A stretch of DNA of 64,000 nucleotides from Candidatus Cloacimonadales bacterium (GTDB taxonomy: Bacteria; Cloacimonadota; Cloacimonadia; Cloacimonadales; JAIOQZ01). The notes beneath the pieces are model-generated. The model did no database searches. It was not told where the DNA came from and saw only the letters and a list, made by a program, of their open reading frames with translations. Position numbers and translations under genes: made by a program. Every line of letters starts with the position of its first letter. Position 1 is the stretch's first letter. Below, piece after piece: positions 59,994 to 64,000 of this stretch. The stretch spans positions 2,880,001-2,944,000 of the forward strand of contig OY762463.1 in NCBI GenBank assembly GCA_963665815.1, given 5' to 3'.

Positions 59994-62108
59994 TTGAGCA
60001 TTAAAGCCAAAAGGATTCTTGGTCTGGTCATTCTTATATTGATTTATACAGGCTTTATCATTTATAATGAAAAAGAAGTTGTCAAGAATGCAAGATCAGA
60101 ACTCACAAAACATGTAACCGTTGTGGAGAATGCTTTATGGAACTATAATAAGCAGAGTTCACAACAGTATTTGAAGATGGTGTCGAAATACTCCAATTAT
60201 GCTAGCGTGATCGTATACAATTCCGATGGAGAAGTATTTCTGGAAATGAAATCTGATAAATTCAGTGCTCTGGACAGTTTTTTATACAATCTTAAGATAA
60301 TTCGAATTATTCCTATGAGTCTTGATGTCTTCAGAAAAGGTTTGAAGATTGGTACAATTGAAGTGAAACAAAAACATGATACTGTATACCTTTATAGTAT
60401 TTTGTTCCTTATTTTCTGTTTGCTGTATCTGAGTTATCTCGGATTATTGAAAACTATTTATATAAAACATGAGCTGGAAATTAAAGTTGGTGAAAGAACG
60501 ATAGATCTGGAAAAAACCAATGAAAGACTTTTTGACAGCGAGAGAAAATACAGAGATCTTACTGAAAGTATTTCAGACTGGATCTGGGAAGTTGATGTAG
60601 AATCAAGATATGTTTATGCCAGCCCGAAAATTAAGGATTTGCTGGGTTATACTCCTGAGGACGTACTTGGGAAAACTCCGTATGACCTTATGCTTCCGGA
60701 TCAAATTAACATGAAAAAACTGGAATTCAGAAAATATGTGCTTCTGAAGCAGCCTTTCGATAATGTTGAAAATCAGTGTATTCATAAAAACGGATCAGTT
60801 GTAACTCTTGAAACAAGCGGAGTACCTATTTTCGATAAATATGGTAATGTGACTGGATATCGCGGGATTGACAGAGATGTTACCGAGAGAAAAAAATCTG
60901 ACACGGAACTTAAAAACCTGAGAAATTATCTGAGTAACATCATTAACTCCATGCCATCAATGCTGATTGTTGTAAATTCAGATGGAATTATCACGCAATG
61001 GAATTATGAGTCAGAAAAAAGATCAGGTATTTCCTCGGATGCTGCTGTTGGAAAAATGCTGACTGATATTCTTCCGTTCCTGGAGAAAGAACTGGATAGA
61101 GTGGATGTGGCCATCAATACAAGACAGACTCAGATAGATTCAAAAGTGCTGAGAGATGCAACAGGAAAACTGACTTATGAGGATGTTGTGATATACCCTC
61201 TGATCGCAAATGGTGTTGAAGGTGCTGTAATACGAATAGATGATGTTACTGATCAGGTAAAAATGGAAGAAATCATTGTGCAGTCGGAAAAAATGCTCTC
61301 GATAGGTGGTCTTGCAGCAGGTATGGCTCATGAAATAAATAATCCGCTTGCCGGTATGATGCAGAATGCTGACGTCCTCATGAGAAGGCTTTCTGCTAAC
61401 AGTAAGGGGAACGTACAGGCAGCCGAAAGCGTGGGTACAGATATGGATGCTATCCGTGGATTTATGGAGAGAAGACATATTCTCAGAATGCTTAAACTCA
61501 TCCATGAATCGGGAACCAGAGCAGCTAAGATTGTTGATAATATGCTGAGCTTTGCCAGAAAAACAGATTCAGATGCAAACTACTTCAGTATGCCTGAACT
61601 CTTGAATTTAACAATCAGCCTTGCAGAAAATGATTATGATTTGAAAAAGAAGTATGATTTCAGGCAGATTAATATTAAAAAAGAATATAAGGATGATCTC
61701 CCGAATGTGTTCTGTGAATCAAGTAAGATTCAGCAGGTTTTCCTTAATCTGCTTAAGAATGGTGCAGAAGCAATGTCACAGAAGATTGCTGAAATGCAGA
61801 ACAAAGGTGAAGACTATACGCCTCAATTTATTGTAAGAATATATAATGCTTCTAAAAATATGGTTGGAATTGAGATAGAAGACAATGGTCCTGGAATGAA
61901 TGATGAGATAAGAAGACGTGTTTTTGAACCGTTCTTCACGACGAAGGGTGTTGGTCTTGGTACCGGGCTTGGATTATCAGTATCTTATTTTATCATCACG
62001 GAAAATCATGGTGGAACCATGAAAGTTGATTCTGTTAAGGGTGAGAAAACGAAATTTACCATACAGCTTCCTGTTAAGAAGCATGAACAGGAACATAACA
62101 GTCTATGA
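59994..62108 (+). CDS. PAS-domain sensor histidine kinase (NtrB-like)
   Basis: Two TM helices, two PAS domains, AHEINNPL H-box, and N/G1/F/G2 boxes (DNGPG, FEPFFTTK, GTGLGL); TTG start. Confidence 0.93.
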   Translation: MSIKAKRILGLVILILIYTGFIIYNEKEVVKNARSELTKHVTVVENALWNYNKQSSQQYLKMVSKYSNYASVIVYNSDGEVFLEMKSDKFSALDSFLYNLKIIRIIPMSLDVFRKGLKIGTIEVKQKHDTVYLYSILFLIFCLLYLSYLGLLKTIYIKHELEIKVGERTIDLEKTNERLFDSERKYRDLTESISDWIWEVDVESRYVYASPKIKDLLGYTPEDVLGKTPYDLMLPDQINMKKLEFRKYVLLKQPFDNVENQCIHKNGSVVTLETSGVPIFDKYGNVTGYRGIDRDVTERKKSDTELKNLRNYLSNIINSMPSMLIVVNSDGIITQWNYESEKRSGISSDAAVGKMLTDILPFLEKELDRVDVAINTRQTQIDSKVLRDATGKLTYEDVVIYPLIANGVEGAVIRIDDVTDQVKMEEIIVQSEKMLSIGGLAAGMAHEINNPLAGMMQNADVLMRRLSANSKGNVQAAESVGTDMDAIRGFMERRHILRMLKLIHESGTRAAKIVDNMLSFARKTDSDANYFSMPELLNLTISLAENDYDLKKKYDFRQINIKKEYKDDLPNVFCESSKIQQVFLNLLKNGAEAMSQKIAEMQNKGEDYTPQFIVRIYNASKNMVGIEIEDNGPGMNDEIRRRVFEPFFTTKGVGLGTGLGLSVSYFIITENHGGTMKVDSVKGEKTKFTIQLPVKKHEQEHNSL

Positions 62109-62136
62109 ACTTGTCAGATAGATTATGGAGGATACA

Positions 62137-62526
62137 ATGTCGTCAAAGGCAATAGAAGATTTATTCATACTAGTTCTTGATGATGATGATGCAATAAGAA
62201 TCAGTTTGCAGATTTATCTTGAGGATGAAGGATTCAATGCTTATTCTGCTACTAGTGCGGAAGAAGGACTTGAAATTGTAAAAACTAATGAGGTTGATCT
62301 CGTTATTGTTGATCTACGTCTGCCTGAGATGAATGGTATAGATTTTGTAAAAGAATCCATAAAGATATCTCCGAATACAAAGTACATTATCCATTCCGGT
62401 TCACTGGAAATGGATTCACTTATGGATATTATGACAGATCACAGAGTATCAGACAATTTTCTGCATAAACCTGTTTCTGAAATTGAATTCTTTAAAAAAG
62501 AGATACTACGAGTTTTGGATGTTTAA
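62137..62526 (+). CDS. Single-domain response regulator (receiver)
   Basis: LDDD, IVDLRLP phospho-acceptor, HKP; ATG 62137 follows ggagg. Confidence 0.9.
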   Translation: MSSKAIEDLFILVLDDDDAIRISLQIYLEDEGFNAYSATSAEEGLEIVKTNEVDLVIVDLRLPEMNGIDFVKESIKISPNTKYIIHSGSLEMDSLMDIMTDHRVSDNFLHKPVSEIEFFKKEILRVLDV

Positions 62527-62600
62527 TTATTTAAAATAAAGAAATCCGTTGACTTGTCATTATACAGTTTTTTTGTGGCAAAAAAAGACCGGATGAATAT

Positions 62601-63782
62601 ATGGAACAAACTAATCACCTGTTGCTGCATTTAGCAGTTATAATATTCCTTTCAAAAATACTTGGAGCAATATCAAGAAAGTATAAACAACCACCGGTTA
62701 TAGGAATGCTTTTACTGGGTATAGTTCTTGGTCCCACAGCATTTCATTTTATTGAATCAGGTGAGGCTATATTCTGGTTTGCCAAACTGGGTGTACTGTT
62801 TCTTCTGTTTGAAGCAGGACTTGAAACGGATATCAAGAGAATAAAAAAAGACTCTAAGGAAGCTCTTCTTCCGGCTCTCGGTGGAGTAACAATTCCCTTC
62901 ATCATGGGTTTTCTTCTATCATATATTATTGATCCCAATCTTTTCAAAGCTCTGGTTATCGGGGTTATTTTCACAGCAACAAGTGTAAGTATATCTGTTA
63001 TTACTCTGTTAGATCTGGATAAAATGAAGGGCCCCGAGGGACGATGTATAATAAATGCTGCAATTATCGATGATATTCTGGGAATTATACTTGTAACGTT
63101 TATTTTCGGTATGAGTGTTGCCGGAGAGGGAACTCCGGGATCATCCAATATGGAATTGATTTTCTCAATAGGTAAGATTGTGCTTTTCTTTGTTGTTATA
63201 ACAGTTGTAGGACTGTTTATCATCAAGCCTGTATTTATGAATCTGAAAAAAATGTATCTGGCCCCTGCTTTTTTCTCGCTCAGTATTGCTTTTGTTTTTG
63301 CATATTCCTGGTTTGCAGAATATTCCGGAATAGCTGCAATTACCGGCGCATACTTTGCAGGTCTTTTTCTTGGTCAGACAGATTATAAACACCAGATTCA
63401 AGAGAATACTTCTCAATTAGGCAAATCATTTTTTGTAGATATGTTTTTTGTTAATATTGGTCTCGAAATAAATTTGATGGAAGTAGAAAGCAATTGGATT
63501 TTTATGTTGATTTTTGTTCTGCTCGCAATTTCCGGAAAAATTTTCGGATCCAGCATTGGTGCAAGATTAACCGGATTCGACTGGATTCGTTCAATGCGTA
63601 TTGGAACCGGCATGATTCCACGTGGAGAAGTTGCTCTTATAATAGCAAATATGGCATTGCAAAAGAACATTATCAGCAGCAGTGAATTGTCAGCAACAAT
63701 TATAATGGTAATAGCAACTGCAATACTGACACCAATTTTATTAAAATATTCATTTACAAAACTTCAACGAAAAACATTTTAA
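62601..63782 (+). CDS. Cation:proton antiporter (CPA2, NapA-like)
   Basis: LFEAGLETD, ATSVSI, AAIIDDILG and GMIPRGEVA motifs. Confidence 0.92.
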   Translation: MEQTNHLLLHLAVIIFLSKILGAISRKYKQPPVIGMLLLGIVLGPTAFHFIESGEAIFWFAKLGVLFLLFEAGLETDIKRIKKDSKEALLPALGGVTIPFIMGFLLSYIIDPNLFKALVIGVIFTATSVSISVITLLDLDKMKGPEGRCIINAAIIDDILGIILVTFIFGMSVAGEGTPGSSNMELIFSIGKIVLFFVVITVVGLFIIKPVFMNLKKMYLAPAFFSLSIAFVFAYSWFAEYSGIAAITGAYFAGLFLGQTDYKHQIQENTSQLGKSFFVDMFFVNIGLEINLMEVESNWIFMLIFVLLAISGKIFGSSIGARLTGFDWIRSMRIGTGMIPRGEVALIIANMALQKNIISSSELSATIIMVIATAILTPILLKYSFTKLQRKTF

Positions 63783-63818
63783 TGGTATGGTAACAATAAT
63801 TGGCTCTGGAGAAACGAA

Positions 63819-64000
63819 ATGTGGTCGAATTATATTAATACAGATCTTATAATACTGAATCCGGTTGTGAAAAGTAAAGATGAGCTTTTCAGTAAAATGG
63901 TAAATCATGCATATAATCATGATCTTATAGTAAAAAATGATGAGTTTCTTTCTGCTCTAAAAGATCGAGAATCAAAAGGTAATACTCAGATAATGAAGGA
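63819..64000 (+). CDS. PTS EIIA type-2 (fructose/nitrogen-regulatory-like) domain protein, partial at the window edge
   Basis: MWSNYINTDLIILN...SKDELF...ALKDRESKGNTQIMK matches the RE-x-x-x-x-T pattern that precedes the AIPH site; SD ggag. Confidence 0.7.
   Translation, partial: MWSNYINTDLIILNPVVKSKDELFSKMVNHAYNHDLIVKNDEFLSALKDRESKGNTQIMK

Noticed and set aside
630-63685. Numerous 60-175 aa overlapping or antisense ORFs in the track (e.g. 30482-30940, 50546-50977, 56608-57081, 57349-57873, 62744-63226)
   Set aside because: They are shadows of well-supported genes, with no recognisable motifs.

Overview
AT-rich bacterial chromosomal window with no rRNA, tRNA, CRISPR array or intact mobile element that I can see. 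Four secreted proteins end in a (N/I)YPNPFNP...K-x-x-L-(L/M)-K FlgD-Ig/T9SS-like sorting domain. This pattern points to the FCB superphylum, most likely Cloacimonadota (inference). Housekeeping genes (gpmA, trxA, groES, thpR-recA-recX, glnA, clpB, ptsH, queH, rnhC, pepF, xseA, dxs, mnmE) alternate with accessory modules. The best candidate for an undescribed system is a tightly coupled operon at 49291-53449. It encodes a FadL/PorV-like outer-membrane protein, a 55-aa 2[4Fe-4S] ferredoxin missing from the ORF track, an archaeal-type geranylgeranyl reductase, a CTP-dependent dolichol/phytol-kinase-family protein and a polyprenyl-phosphate glycosyltransferase. Together these look like a saturated-isoprenoid (dolichol/phytanyl-like) lipid pathway in a bacterium. 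Other notable signals: (1) a diverged tandem duplication of a FabH-ACP-SDR triad plus a cyclase; (2) a 5' leader with mutually exclusive anti-SD and anti-anti-SD helices ahead of a methyltransferase; (3) two genes bracketed by palindromic direct repeats; (4) a deletion scar fusing a GNAT fragment to an ABC-exporter tail; (5) two CIRCE operators; (6) GTAG-type REP-like elements. All calls come from reading motifs by eye; no database search was run.
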